59,425 nucleotides of DNA, taken from IMG/VR virus record IMGVR_UViG_3300049144_000150, positions 1 through 59,425 of that record. One strand, 5' to 3'. Below, one piece after another: positions 1-9,793 of this stretch. The DNA is from a virus (taxonomy: Duplodnaviria; Caudoviricetes). The notes beneath the pieces were generated by a model. It was not told where the DNA came from and did not search any database. It worked only from the letters and a program-made list of their open reading frames with translations. The translations under genes were made by a program, and so were the position numbers. How positions within the stretch are numbered: the stretch's first letter is position 1; every line of letters starts with the position of its first letter.

Positions 1-441
1 CTATCTGGCCCGGAAGACGACGCCACCGATTATCTCATCATCGCTGGCTTTGATCACCCGTTGAACAACATCCGTCACTTGTGGTATCGCATTCCACTCG
101 AACGTACGTTTGGGGTTCATCGCCTGCTGGCGCCCGGCTTCGAGCTGCCCGGCCACCGCAGCCAGGTACTTGTCGATGAGGGCGTACTTCGCCGCCTCGA
201 TCGTCCAGGTGTCGAAGACCTCGCGGACCGTGTCGCGGCGCCCTCCAAGATGCGCGGTTTTCAGCCGCTTGCGGGCGGCCTCCGCCTTGCGGTCGGCCTC
301 CAGGTAGCGCTCGTTGACCCATTCGCGCTCCGCGTAGATCTCTCGCACGTCCCGGGGTTCCCACACTCGCAGCTCACCCGGCGCCACGAGCCTTCCCAGG
401 GGCCCGAGGTCATCGGCTACCAGGAACTCACCCTCGATCAT
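1..441 (-). CDS. Hypothetical protein downstream of dnaB
   Basis: 146-aa ORF with a GGGAGGG RBS and high GC3, co-oriented with dnaB; stop TAG at 1-3. Confidence 0.6.
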   Translation of the reverse strand: MIEGEFLVADDLGPLGRLVAPGELRVWEPRDVREIYAEREWVNERYLEADRKAEAARKRLKTAHLGGRRDTVREVFDTWTIEAAKYALIDKYLAAVAGQLEAGRQQAMNPKRTFEWNAIPQVTDVVQRVIKASDDEIIGGVVFRAR

Positions 442-536
442 GGGTTTCCCTCCCCGCCCTTTTCGGTATCAGTCGGGCGCCCGGCAAGATCCTGCCGGGC
501 ACCCTGTTTTTCGTCACCCTTTCGGGTGAATCACCC

Positions 537-1895
537 TCAGTGGCCGCCGCCGACGACCAGCGCCGGATCGAGGAACCTGCTGTGCTCGCCGTCGAACAGC
601 ATCTCGATCTCCGACGTGATGCCGCCTCGGTTCTTGGCCAGGATGAGGTCGGCCAGCTTCCCGCGCTCGGTCTCCGGGTTCACCTTGAACTCCAGGTGGA
701 CGAGGATGACGATGTTGGCGTCCTCCTCGATCTCGCCGGACTGGCGCAGGTCGGTGATCCTCGGCTTGCTGTCGTCCCGGTTGGCCACGCCACGGTTGAG
801 CTGAGCCAGCGCGATCACCGTGATGCCGAGCTTGCGGGCCATCTTGCGCAGGCCGTCGGAAACGTCGGCGATGTCCTGCGTCTTGTTGCCGGTGCCGCCT
901 CCGTCCGGCTTGACGAGCTGGAGGTAGTCGATCACGACGACCTTCACGCCGTGGTCCTTGATCAGCTTCCGGGTCTTCAGGGAGATCTCGCCGACCGACT
1001 GGTCCGGGTCGTCGTCCACGAAGAGCGGACGACCCTCCTGCTCGTCCACGTACTGTTCGAGCAGGGCGAGACCCGCACTGTCGACCTTCCCGTCACGGAT
1101 CTTCCCGAAGGGAACGCCGGTCTCCGCCGAGGCGTTGCGCTGCCCCAGCTCCTCCTTGGGCATCTCCAGGGAGAAGAACACCACCCCCGTCCCGGCGTTG
1201 CTGATGTTCCGGGCGATCTGGGCACCGACGGTCGTCTTGCCGTGACCGGGGCGGCCAGCGATCACGATCATCTGACCCGGCCTCATACCGCCGGTCAGCC
1301 GGTCGAGATCGTCGATCCCCATCGGGATGCCGGGCTCCACGTCCCGCTCGCCGAAGAGGTGTCCGAGCGCGGCGTCGACCACCTGGATCGCCGAGAACAG
1401 CGTCTCGGGCTTGACGGCCTTGTCGACCACGTCCGAGATGGCGCCGGACACCTCACCGGCCACCTCCTCGTAGGAGCCGGTCGCCGAGACCACCAAGTTG
1501 TCGCTGCTCATCAGCACACGGTGCAGCTCCCGCTTGCGGTACAGGTCGAGGATGGTGCTGGCGTCCTCGACAGCGCCGGTCATGACGCCCGCGCTGCGCG
1601 GCAGTTCGTGGACCAGGTCGAACAGGGCCTGCGTCAGCTCACCCTTGCGACGCAGGTTGGCCACGACCGAGACGGGATCCGTCGGCCGATTGTCCAGCAT
1701 GCAGTCGACGATCGCCTGGTAGATCTTCTGGTGGTCGACTTCGTAGAAGACCACGGAGCCGACGTCGCGGAACTTGTCCACCACCTCGTCCCGGCAGTCG
1801 AGCGGGTGCCCGTCGGAGACGAGCATCGCACCGAGCGTCGCCGTCTCCGCCTTCACGTCCGTCAAGGGCATGCTGAAGTTGCGCGTCTCGCCCAT
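537..1895 (-). CDS. dnaB: Replicative DNA helicase DnaB
   Basis: N-terminal AETATLGAML/HQKIY domain; Walker A AGRPGHGKT; FFSLEM, VVIDYLQL, LAQLNR, DLRQSGEIEEDA and AKNRGG motifs. Confidence 0.95.
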   Translation of the reverse strand: MGETRNFSMPLTDVKAETATLGAMLVSDGHPLDCRDEVVDKFRDVGSVVFYEVDHQKIYQAIVDCMLDNRPTDPVSVVANLRRKGELTQALFDLVHELPRSAGVMTGAVEDASTILDLYRKRELHRVLMSSDNLVVSATGSYEEVAGEVSGAISDVVDKAVKPETLFSAIQVVDAALGHLFGERDVEPGIPMGIDDLDRLTGGMRPGQMIVIAGRPGHGKTTVGAQIARNISNAGTGVVFFSLEMPKEELGQRNASAETGVPFGKIRDGKVDSAGLALLEQYVDEQEGRPLFVDDDPDQSVGEISLKTRKLIKDHGVKVVVIDYLQLVKPDGGGTGNKTQDIADVSDGLRKMARKLGITVIALAQLNRGVANRDDSKPRITDLRQSGEIEEDANIVILVHLEFKVNPETERGKLADLILAKNRGGITSEIEMLFDGEHSRFLDPALVVGGGH

Positions 1896-1925
1896 ATTCG
1901 GTTCTTCTCCCTTTCCGAGCAGCGG

Positions 1926-2969
1926 TCAGGACTTGCGCGGGAATCCGGGTCCAGCCATTCTGCGCCGGGCCCTCTTCTCCTGGTACTGCCGCTTGATCAG
2001 TTCCTTTTCGACCTCGTCACCCACGTCCGGACCAGACTGCGGCTCCGGCGCCCGGCGCATGTCGGCCTCGCGAAGCCCGTCGAGCTTGTCCGGGTCCACC
2101 GAGGGGGCCTCGGAGGGGGCGTTCTTCGGCGGGTCGCCGATGTCCTTGAGCTTGCTCAGCAGGAAGCGCTCGGGCGTGTTGATGCGCGGGTTCAGCTCGC
2201 TGGCCAGCCTGTTGACCAGCATCTTCGGGGACCATCCCCGGTCGAGGACGGGTCGCGCCGCTTCGGCAAGACGCTGGCAGGCGCCGGTCAGGAGCCGCAG
2301 CTTGGGGTCGTTGAACTGCGCCGTCCGCTCCTCCAGCATGTCGGCGAACTCCTTCATGGCGGGGGTGACGTCGTCGCGTTCCTCCGTCTCCTCGGCGCGG
2401 GGCTCCGGCACCTTGGCGTGGCTGACGGCCGGGGTCATCTCGTCCTCGGGTGCCTCGTCCTGCGGCCCGGCCGGGCTCTCGTTCTCCTGCTCACCCCAGG
2501 AGTCCACGTCCTGCGGAACCTTGCGGCTGCCGAGGCGCACACCGGTCACCGAAGGAATGCCGGGCAGACCGTCCTTGCGCTCGTAATAGACCTTCGTGCC
2601 GCACCGCTTGGCCGTCCGCTTGGCGTGCTCGAAGCCGTTGACGGGGCCGTCGATCTGCCCCCGGGGGTCGGCGACGAAGGCCAGCACGAAGCCGCTGCCG
2701 TCCTGCGGCTCGTTCAGTCGGATCAGCACGCCCTTGTCGATCAGTCCGTTGATGCCGCGCCGGGCGGTCGAGGCCGGGAAGGGCTTCTCCCAGTGAGAGG
2801 TCATCTCGGTGAACCAGGAGGCCGTGACGTGCACCGCGTGCTCGGCCACCCCCTTGCGCCCGAAGGAGGTGTTGCAGCGCAGCAGCATGTAGACGGTGCG
2901 CTCGGCGGGTTTGAGGTCCATCAGCGCGACGTAGTCGTCCGCGATGAAGAAGGTTGGCCTATCGCCCAT
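1926..2969 (-). CDS. Putative replication initiator (N-terminal winged HTH)
   Basis: AERTVYMLLR...STARRGINGLIDKGVL wHTH pattern, acidic linker, directly upstream of dnaB as in phage initiator-helicase pairs. Confidence 0.6.
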   Translation of the reverse strand: MGDRPTFFIADDYVALMDLKPAERTVYMLLRCNTSFGRKGVAEHAVHVTASWFTEMTSHWEKPFPASTARRGINGLIDKGVLIRLNEPQDGSGFVLAFVADPRGQIDGPVNGFEHAKRTAKRCGTKVYYERKDGLPGIPSVTGVRLGSRKVPQDVDSWGEQENESPAGPQDEAPEDEMTPAVSHAKVPEPRAEETEERDDVTPAMKEFADMLEERTAQFNDPKLRLLTGACQRLAEAARPVLDRGWSPKMLVNRLASELNPRINTPERFLLSKLKDIGDPPKNAPSEAPSVDPDKLDGLREADMRRAPEPQSGPDVGDEVEKELIKRQYQEKRARRRMAGPGFPRKS

Positions 2970-3039
2970 GACGCTGTATCATCCTTTTTGGTTTGGCTTT
3001 TCTGAGGGGTCCCGGTGCGACGGGGCCCCTTTCCTTTTG

Positions 3040-3435
3040 TCAGCCGAACGAGACGATCGGCAGATCCTCCACGTGCGCGGACTTGCCGATCTCCTCCCGG
3101 ACCTCGGGGGGGTACATCTCGATCTCGAAGCGCGTCTTGCCGACCTTCTTGTAGGCGGCCACCTTCGTGACGGCGCCCGCGTCCATCAGCTCCTTCACGG
3201 CGGCAGCTCCGTCACCCCGGGCGTACCGGTCGAGCTGCTGGTCCGAGAGCGTCAGGCGCACGCCCATCGCGGCGTCTTCGTCCTTCGCGATGCGGCACAT
3301 CCACAGGTACAGCACCTGAGCGGCGGCGGTGAGGTCGAGTTCGATCACCCAGTCTGCGACCTCGGTGGTTCCACCGGTCTGGTTCATCAGGTCCCACCGG
3401 TCGATGCCGATGGTCTCCGTTGCCTTCCCACCCAT
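3040..3435 (-). CDS. Small wHTH-like protein of the replication operon
   Basis: GGAGAGGAG RBS before ATG 3435; VADWVI..LTAAAQVLYLWM...AVKELMDAGAV resembles HTH_36-type domains. Confidence 0.55.
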   Translation of the reverse strand: MGGKATETIGIDRWDLMNQTGGTTEVADWVIELDLTAAAQVLYLWMCRIAKDEDAAMGVRLTLSDQQLDRYARGDGAAAVKELMDAGAVTKVAAYKKVGKTRFEIEMYPPEVREEIGKSAHVEDLPIVSFG

Positions 3436-3439
3436 GTCA

Positions 3440-4360
3440 TCTCCTCTCCGGTGAACAACGCTAGCACAAGACCCTGCCGATACAAGGGTGTTCAAGGTGG
3501 AGCGCTCAGGAGCATGCAAGGCTCCCGCTTCCCTGGGTGCAGAGTCCCCGGTTCACCCTCCCTGTAGGCCATTCCACACCGACACTCCGTCACTTCCTCA
3601 CAGTTGCTCCCGTTTTACGAACATCTGGTTCGTCCTACTTTGCACCGCCCCTGTGACCCCCGGGGGTTGAACGTCAGGGTACAAACCTTTCTACACCAGC
3701 ATGCAACCCCCTTCGAGCCTGGTGAACGGATCGCAAACCCCTGACCTGCGTGGATTAGGTATCCCCCACCGCAAGAAGTTAAGAATCCTCTAGTTGTACG
3801 GGCGGCGCCTCCGCGACCCCGTACACGTCTCGTCGCGAGGCGCGGCCCGGTACTCGGTACCGCTGGGCTACGGCCCCGCCCTCCCGCCGTCTTGGACAGA
3901 GTCCGTCGTCCTCCCTCCGCCATCGCTCCGCGATGGCTCCCTTTTTTGCCGACCACCGCTTCGCGCTGGCGGCGTTCTTGAGGAGGAGTCGCTGCGCTGG
4001 AAAAGATCTTTCGAGGCTTGCGGCCTTCAGTCGGCCGCGCGTCCGGCGTCAGGCGGGGCCGGTTCCAGTGGGTTCGGTCCGCCGCCGTCTGCGGGTTGCC
4101 GGGAGTTCAGGGGAACGTGATGAGAGGGTCGGAGGTGGTGACCCGCGTCTCACGTCTGGGCACGTCTGAACTTGCCCAGTTGATCTCTATTCACCGGTAG
4201 TATCGGTGTGCACACCGTCAGTAGGCGGAGCGTCGCCCATCCAAGGCCCCCGGCCAGGCCGAGTTTTACCTGCCGGGGGCCTTGTGCGATCCGTGAACCT
4301 TTGGGCATGGATTCTCAAGTCCGTTGTGCTAGAATTAAGTTCACGGATAGGAGAGAAAAG
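3440..4360. other. About 0.9 kb non-coding region between divergent operons; candidate replication origin or control region
   Basis: No ORF with typical codon bias; AT-rich patch at about 3770-3797; TAGAAT -10 at 4330-4335; adjacent to initiator and dnaB. Confidence 0.3.
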
Positions 4361-4361
4361 G

Positions 4362-4661
4362 ATGTTGGGTGAGAACCCTTTTCTGGAAGACGGTGAGGCC
4401 GTGATCAACCCGGACGAGGTCGTCGAGTGCAACTTCGAGCGGATGGCCATCAAGGACATCCCCAGCGCCCAGGCCCGAGCGATGCTCGGTTATGGGCATC
4501 TCCCCGCACCGGGCCGTGACGTGATCGCGAACCCGAACGGCGAGCCGTGGACCTACGAACCGGAGAACTGCCTGCGGGCCGACGAGACGCGGTGGACGTG
4601 GATTACGGTGGGCAACGAGGAGTTCCTGGTGTGCCCCGGCTGCGGCGTGGACGGCACGTGA
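4362..4661 (+). CDS. Hypothetical protein with C-terminal CxxC
   Basis: AGGAGA RBS, ATG 4362; CPGC near C-terminus; GTGA overlap with next gene. Confidence 0.65.
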   Translation: MLGENPFLEDGEAVINPDEVVECNFERMAIKDIPSAQARAMLGYGHLPAPGRDVIANPNGEPWTYEPENCLRADETRWTWITVGNEEFLVCPGCGVDGT

Positions 4662-5185
4662 AGCCCGAGAAGCCGGTCATCTACCGAACCTTGGATGGCG
4701 ACTGGCTGTGCCCCACCTGCTGGTGGGATCTGAACCGGCCGTCCAACCCGCTCTACCGGACGGACCTTGTCGACACGGAGACCCGGGTGTGCCGGGGGTG
4801 TGACGAGGTGGTCCGGATCGAGCAGACGTCACCTCCGGAGCCCTGCGTCTTCTGCGACATCATCGCCGGAGATGCGCCGGTCGAATGGGTCCTCCGCCCG
4901 GACTTCTGGCCCGACGCGGTGGCCTTCATTCCGCTGGATCCGGTGACCGAAGGGCACTGCCTGATCGTCCCAAAGGTCCACGTTCAGGACTTCGCCGAGG
5001 ACGCCGAGATCTTCGCGGCAACGGCCCGCAGGGCGTCCGAGCTGATGCGCTTCACGCCCCACGCGATGAACGTCCTCACGACGCGAGGCAAGGCGGCGGG
5101 CCAGGAGATCATGCACCTCCACCTGCACCTGATCCCGCGTGAACACGAAGACGGCATCCGGCTACTGGCAAGGGGGAAGAAGTGA
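4658..5185 (+). CDS. HIT (histidine triad) family nucleotide hydrolase with N-terminal Zn finger
   Basis: CVFCDI, GHCLIVPKVH, AGQEIMHLHLHLIPR (HxHxH); extra CxxC...CxxC at the N-terminus. Confidence 0.9.
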   Translation: MKPEKPVIYRTLDGDWLCPTCWWDLNRPSNPLYRTDLVDTETRVCRGCDEVVRIEQTSPPEPCVFCDIIAGDAPVEWVLRPDFWPDAVAFIPLDPVTEGHCLIVPKVHVQDFAEDAEIFAATARRASELMRFTPHAMNVLTTRGKAAGQEIMHLHLHLIPREHEDGIRLLARGKK

Positions 5186-5222
5186 ACCGCCGGGATGACA
5201 AGCCGAGGATGGAGGGGGAGAA

Positions 5223-5600
5223 GTGAGCGAAAAGCTGATCGGCTTCAGGTTCCCGGCGCCACACCCGGAGATCCTGCCTTTGATTCCCGACGAACTGCAC
5301 CCCCTGTTCAGCAATGAGCAGGAGAGCGCTGAGCCGGACGAAGTCACTGACGTGGTTGATTACCTGTACACAGTGCACCGGCCGGACGGATCGTCCGATG
5401 CAGTACCTGTCTACCGTGAGCAGTGCCGACCGGAGGATCTTCCGGTCGCCTTCATTCTCGGTAGCCGCATCGAACTGGATGGCATCGGGGTCGAGGTTGT
5501 CGATTGCACCCGGGAGAGCATTGAAGACGGCTGGACCGATGAAAGGTACATGTATTGGCGGGTCACTGTACGCCTGCCGGAGAGGGGGAGTGATGGCTGA
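5223..5600 (+). CDS. Hypothetical protein, paralog of 6159-6521
   Basis: GGAG RBS; alignable with 6159-6521 (DYLYTVHRPDG vs EYTYLIKRPEG). Confidence 0.65.
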   Translation: MSEKLIGFRFPAPHPEILPLIPDELHPLFSNEQESAEPDEVTDVVDYLYTVHRPDGSSDAVPVYREQCRPEDLPVAFILGSRIELDGIGVEVVDCTRESIEDGWTDERYMYWRVTVRLPERGSDG

Positions 5601-6129
5601 CCTGGAGCGTTACGAGATCGCTGGAGCCCTGCTGCTGTGCCGCACCTGCGGCGAGGGCGGAGTCCGACACATCGTGAAGGACTTCGGCCGCCAGACGATC
5701 GACGTGGCCGAGATGCACACCGAGATCTTCGTTCACGAGACCGACCGCCACGAGGTGGTCTTCGAGAACAACGCGACCGAGAACGCCGAGGCGGCGAAGC
5801 GCGCCTCCCAGGAGCTGGCGAAGCGAGCCGACGACGTCACCTGGGACATGCGCGAGAGCGACTACTTCCGGTGCTACCCGGCCGCGACGGCGTACCGGGA
5901 CGGCATGGTGAACGGCATGGGTGGTGCCTCCGGTGCGATGGCCGGTCTCCTCGGTCCCGAGGCGGTGCGCGCATTGTCCAAGGCTCTGGAGCGGGTCGCC
6001 GAGATGGGCAAGGACTACCCCGAGCTGATCCAGGACCACAATCGGAAGACCTGCGACGACTTCATGTGCTTCATCTACGGCGACCTGATCGACGCCGCGC
6101 GTGCGGTGGACAGCCAGCTCCAGCACTGA
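5593..6129 (+). CDS. Hypothetical protein
   Basis: GGGGGAG RBS, ATG 5593, high GC3. Confidence 0.65.
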   Translation: MADLERYEIAGALLLCRTCGEGGVRHIVKDFGRQTIDVAEMHTEIFVHETDRHEVVFENNATENAEAAKRASQELAKRADDVTWDMRESDYFRCYPAATAYRDGMVNGMGGASGAMAGLLGPEAVRALSKALERVAEMGKDYPELIQDHNRKTCDDFMCFIYGDLIDAARAVDSQLQH

Positions 6130-6158
6130 CGACGCATTTCGGAAAAGGGGAAGAAAGC

Positions 6159-6521
6159 ATGCACAACGTTACGGTCGGCACTTACGGTCGGGGCGCCCCC
6201 GAATGGGTTCTCGATCAGGTTCCGGAGTCCCTGTGGTCGGTGTACGACGGGGAGTCCGTGCCGACGCCGGACGACGTCCGTTTCATCGTCGAGTACACCT
6301 ACCTGATCAAGCGGCCGGAAGGTGACTCGATGGACACCTCGCTCGGCTACGAGTACTTCACTGCCTCGGACCCGGAGCCGAGCTTCAGCGTCGGCGAGCG
6401 GATGTTCCTGAACGACGTCCCGGTCATGGTGACCGACCTGGACATCAAGGACGAAGAAGACGAAGAGACCGGCAAGCCGGTGCGGTTCTTCTCGGTGCGT
6501 GTCGAGGAATTCGTGGAGTGA
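6159..6521 (+). CDS. Hypothetical acidic protein, paralog of 5223-5600
   Basis: CGGAAAAGGGG RBS, ATG 6159. Confidence 0.7.
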   Translation: MHNVTVGTYGRGAPEWVLDQVPESLWSVYDGESVPTPDDVRFIVEYTYLIKRPEGDSMDTSLGYEYFTASDPEPSFSVGERMFLNDVPVMVTDLDIKDEEDEETGKPVRFFSVRVEEFVE

Positions 6522-6538
6522 ACGGGGGAGGCGTGAAG

Positions 6539-7129
6539 ATGTCGATCGTGCTGGACAAGATTCGCAGTGAGGCGCCTCAGTGGCGCGACCGGATCGGGCG
6601 TACCCCGATACCGATGGACCGGTGGGGCAAGGACCACTGGTCCCTGCTCGTCTACGTCGAGGATCGGGTCGTCAACAAGCACGGCCTGATCGACTGGAAC
6701 AATCTGACCCTGTCGCAGAGGAACTGGCCGATGCTGTGGGCCGCGCGCAATCGGTGGGCCAGTGCCTCCGGCGAGGATGCTGCCGACAAGTACGGTCTGC
6801 GACTGCGGTCCCCGGAGGGTGGCACGGAGAACGTCAAGGGCTGCTGCGAAGGCGATGCCCTGATGGATCTCGTGGGCGCCGGTCTCGTGACCGTCACGAT
6901 GCCGCCGCTCAGCTCGACGGGTGCGAGCTATCTGCGGCCCGACGGGCACGCACTGAACGATCCGTCTCCCGACGAACCGGTCACGGGACGGGTTGAGTGG
7001 GCCCTGATGCCGTGGGCCCGGTTCGGTCTGACCGGGCGGGGCTGGGGACTGGCGGCTGCCGTGCGCCGACACCGTGGCAACGGCGGCAAGGTGGCCGCCT
7101 TCGTGCCGGAGCAGGGAAATCCACAGTGA
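6539..7129 (+). CDS. Hypothetical protein (WGKDHWS motif)
   Basis: GGAGG RBS, high GC3, coupled to neighbouring genes. Confidence 0.7.
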   Translation: MSIVLDKIRSEAPQWRDRIGRTPIPMDRWGKDHWSLLVYVEDRVVNKHGLIDWNNLTLSQRNWPMLWAARNRWASASGEDAADKYGLRLRSPEGGTENVKGCCEGDALMDLVGAGLVTVTMPPLSSTGASYLRPDGHALNDPSPDEPVTGRVEWALMPWARFGLTGRGWGLAAAVRRHRGNGGKVAAFVPEQGNPQ

Positions 7130-7344
7130 TCCGGGTGTTCCACTGCCTCCTGCTCGGCACCCTCGTGGCCGCCGTGCTGAACGGACTGTACTGGCTGGCC
7201 ACGGCAGACCTTCTGCCGCCGGTCGCGAGCGTGGCGATGTCGATGACTCTCTGCCCGGTCTTCGACATCGCGCTCCGGTTTCGCGACGTTCGCGACCGGG
7301 AGCGGTTGAACCATCTGTACGGCCTTCCGTCGTACGGGGAATGA
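7126..7344 (+). CDS. Small 2-TM membrane protein
   Basis: GTGA overlap; two hydrophobic stretches. Confidence 0.55.
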   Translation: MIRVFHCLLLGTLVAAVLNGLYWLATADLLPPVASVAMSMTLCPVFDIALRFRDVRDRERLNHLYGLPSYGE

Positions 7345-7361
7345 CCAAGGAGGGGAGAAGC

Positions 7362-7610
7362 GTGCCGAGCTATACGCTCACGAAACACGGAGACCGGGTC
7401 GATCCGGGTCCCGTTCAGGTGATCCCGACTCACGAGATCACCGTCACCTGGGAGGAGGGGGAGGGGCGACCGCCCTTCCTGCCGCCGGGCGGGGTCATCG
7501 ACCTCCAGGACGGCCGGGGATTCTGGCAGATCATCACTCCGATCCTCTACGCGGCCAACGGCGCCGAGCCCGAGTGCCACTCGTATCTGGTCCGGGGGGT
7601 GACGCCGTGA
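7362..7610 (+). CDS. Hypothetical protein
   Basis: AGGAGGGGAG RBS, GTG 7362. Confidence 0.6.
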   Translation: MPSYTLTKHGDRVDPGPVQVIPTHEITVTWEEGEGRPPFLPPGGVIDLQDGRGFWQIITPILYAANGAEPECHSYLVRGVTP

Positions 7611-7855
7611 GGCGCGAGATTTCGTCGGCGTTCGGGGTCCCGTTCCCGAAGATTCCGGGCAAGACGGTCCGGTTCTCCCAAGAGGACGGAGGGTCCATGG
7701 TGCAGGTGGAGGTCTTCGCCGAGGGCGAGGAACTGCCCGAATGGAGCGCCGAGCGCACGCGGCTGGAACAGGCGGTCTCCGTCGTCTGCCAGCAGTACGG
7801 AGTCGGCCTCCCCGTGCCCGCGCCGCGTTCGGCGGCCGAGACGGAGGAGTGGTGA
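7607..7855 (+). CDS. Hypothetical protein
   Basis: GTGA overlaps at both ends. Confidence 0.55.
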   Translation: MRREISSAFGVPFPKIPGKTVRFSQEDGGSMVQVEVFAEGEELPEWSAERTRLEQAVSVVCQQYGVGLPVPAPRSAAETEEW

Positions 7856-8097
7856 GCGAGCCGTTCCGCACCTCTCTCGGTTTCCGGGGCCGCGTCACGA
7901 TACCGTCGGCCATTCAGGAGGAGGCGGGTGTCGCCGTCGGTGACCGCCTGATCATTCGCGCGGCAGGCCCGGGTGTCGTCGTCATCGAGACGCCGCAGGC
8001 GGTGAAGGACCGCATCCGGTCTGCGGCAACGGGCGGCGGAGAGGAGAAGGAAGATGGAGATCAGGATGCAGAAGACCAGCAGCGCGAACGCGGGTAA
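7852..8097 (+). CDS. AbrB/MazE/SpoVT-family DNA-binding protein
   Basis: RGRVTIPSAIQEEAGVAVGDRLII swapped-hairpin signature. Confidence 0.8.
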   Translation: MSEPFRTSLGFRGRVTIPSAIQEEAGVAVGDRLIIRAAGPGVVVIETPQAVKDRIRSAATGGGEEKEDGDQDAEDQQRERG

Positions 8098-8560
8098 CGC
8101 CGTGTACACGTACCCCGACGGAAGTCGGGCGGCCATCCTGTTCGTCCGGGTCGGGGACGGCGAGGCCATGAGGGGCCTGGCCCAGGTCTACAGGCTGCAC
8201 GGTGCTCTCACGGCGAACCTGAGCGAACGGGTGCCTCGTCACGACCGGACGTCGGGAAGCTGCCTGATCCACGACAACGGCGTGACGGTGACGTTCGGCG
8301 CCGTGGATCCGAGTATCGAGAACGGCGGCCACGGCATGCTCGGCGCCGAGGCCACGGTGCCCTGGGGGGCGACTGATCCGGACTGGATGAACGCCGCCCT
8401 GAAAGAAGGGTGCGTCTGGGCCGGGCTCATCTCCGAGGAGGTCTATCAGCGGGTCTGCCTGGCTCACCCGGTCGTGAACGACGGGGTTCTGGGGGCCGGT
8501 GTGCACCTGTCGGATGTGCCGTCGATGCCGGTGCTGAAGCTCACCGCGCAGCGGGGGTGA
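8054..8560 (+). CDS. Hypothetical protein
   Basis: High-GC3 ORF with RBS; start 8054 or 8066. Confidence 0.6.
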   Translation: MEIRMQKTSSANAGNAVYTYPDGSRAAILFVRVGDGEAMRGLAQVYRLHGALTANLSERVPRHDRTSGSCLIHDNGVTVTFGAVDPSIENGGHGMLGAEATVPWGATDPDWMNAALKEGCVWAGLISEEVYQRVCLAHPVVNDGVLGAGVHLSDVPSMPVLKLTAQRG

Positions 8561-8673
8561 GCTGTTTCACCTTCCTGGTGCCCAGTGCTGGGCAAGGGGC
8601 CTCGCGGATTTCTGCGAGGCTCTTTCCAGTTCCTGCGAAAACGTCGCAGAATTCTGGAAGGATAGGTGTGGAG

Positions 8674-8925
8674 ATGGATGAGTCTCGGGCCACGATTCAC
8701 AGGGTTGCCGTTGTGGGCGACGAAGATCCCTTCGACCGACTCGTTCGCGCCCAGTTCGACACGATCGTCAGTGCCCATGCCATTCGCGCCCTGATGATCC
8801 TCCTCCATGTGGCCCGTGGCGGCGCGTGGAGTCTGCTCAACTACATCACCGAGCTGGACCTGGAGTATCTGGTCAAGTCCGAGCTTGTTCAGCAACCTCG
8901 GCCTGGAGTGATCTTCGTGATGTGA
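8674..8925 (+). CDS. Small wHTH-like protein, paralog of 9034-9300
   Basis: DRLVRA..VSAHAIRALMIL..DLEYLVKSELV pattern. Confidence 0.55.
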   Translation: MDESRATIHRVAVVGDEDPFDRLVRAQFDTIVSAHAIRALMILLHVARGGAWSLLNYITELDLEYLVKSELVQQPRPGVIFVM

Positions 8926-9033
8926 TCCACGGCACCTCCGTACCGTCCAATCCTGGACTGTCCAGGCCGTGACCTGGCGCGAAGATGAATTCAACGGCCG
9001 CGAAAAGACCCGGCCTTCGGAAAGGGAAGAGAC

Positions 9034-9300
9034 ATGGAACCCACCGTCGGAGTCGTCCTCGTCGAGACGTCTTCCACCGCTGAAGCATCCATCCGGCGCC
9101 TCGTCTGGGCCACCGCGCACAACGAGGGGATGTTGTCCCGCAGCGCGCTGCACACCCTGGTCCAGCTCACGGCCATGGCTCACCCGGCGGGCGCCGAGGG
9201 CGACATCGTCAGCGCCTCGTTCCCCACGGCCGACCTGGACCGCCTGGAGTTCCTGGGCTTCATCAAGCTCGCCGACAGCGGCGCGATCGAACTGGTCTGA
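9034..9300 (+). CDS. Small wHTH-like protein, paralog of 8674-8925
   Basis: CGGAAAGGG RBS; RRLVWA..LSRSALHTLVQL..DLDRLEFLGFI. Confidence 0.65.
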   Translation: MEPTVGVVLVETSSTAEASIRRLVWATAHNEGMLSRSALHTLVQLTAMAHPAGAEGDIVSASFPTADLDRLEFLGFIKLADSGAIELV

Positions 9301-9310
9301 GGAGTACAGC

Positions 9311-9736
9311 GTGATCATCCCTCGTGCTGCGGCGTTCCCCGCCGCCTACGTCTTGCTCAGGATCGCGGCCGACGTCGCCGATCACTGGGTCCAGACCGAC
9401 CACCAGGCGCAGCACAAGGCGAAGCCCGGCTTCGAAGGGCACCGGGCGCTCGCCGGACATGTCGCCTCGTACGCCGCCACGCAGGCCCTCGTGCTCCTCG
9501 CGGGGAACCGGGCCCTCGGGCTTGGTCTGCGGGGCCGCAGCATGGCCGCCGCACTCGCCCTGTCGGGGGCGACGCACTACGTGATCGACCGGCGATGGCC
9601 CGTCCAGAAGGCGGCCGACGCCACCGGCAAGGCGCCGTTCTACCGGATGGGCGGCCCGCTCGGAGGGGCATACCTGATGGATCAGTCGGCGCACCACTTC
9701 ATGGAGGGCATCGCGGCTTACGTGGCGACGCGATGA
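9311..9736 (+). CDS. DUF3307-like membrane protein
   Basis: ADHWVQTD..K, GHVASY, THYVIDRR and DQSAHH motifs. Confidence 0.8.
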   Translation: MIIPRAAAFPAAYVLLRIAADVADHWVQTDHQAQHKAKPGFEGHRALAGHVASYAATQALVLLAGNRALGLGLRGRSMAAALALSGATHYVIDRRWPVQKAADATGKAPFYRMGGPLGGAYLMDQSAHHFMEGIAAYVATR

Positions 9737-9793
9737 CAAGCCGCCCGGCGCTTGCCGGGCGGCTCTCTGGTGTATCGGAAAGGAGACGAAACG

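Noticed and set aside
540-3005. 821-aa plus-strand ORF and similar long ORFs (10901-12148, 16053-18242, 27882-29807, 35671-38130, 48913-50565)
   Set aside because: Antisense shadows of real high-GC3 genes; no motifs or RBS, and they overlap confidently identified genes
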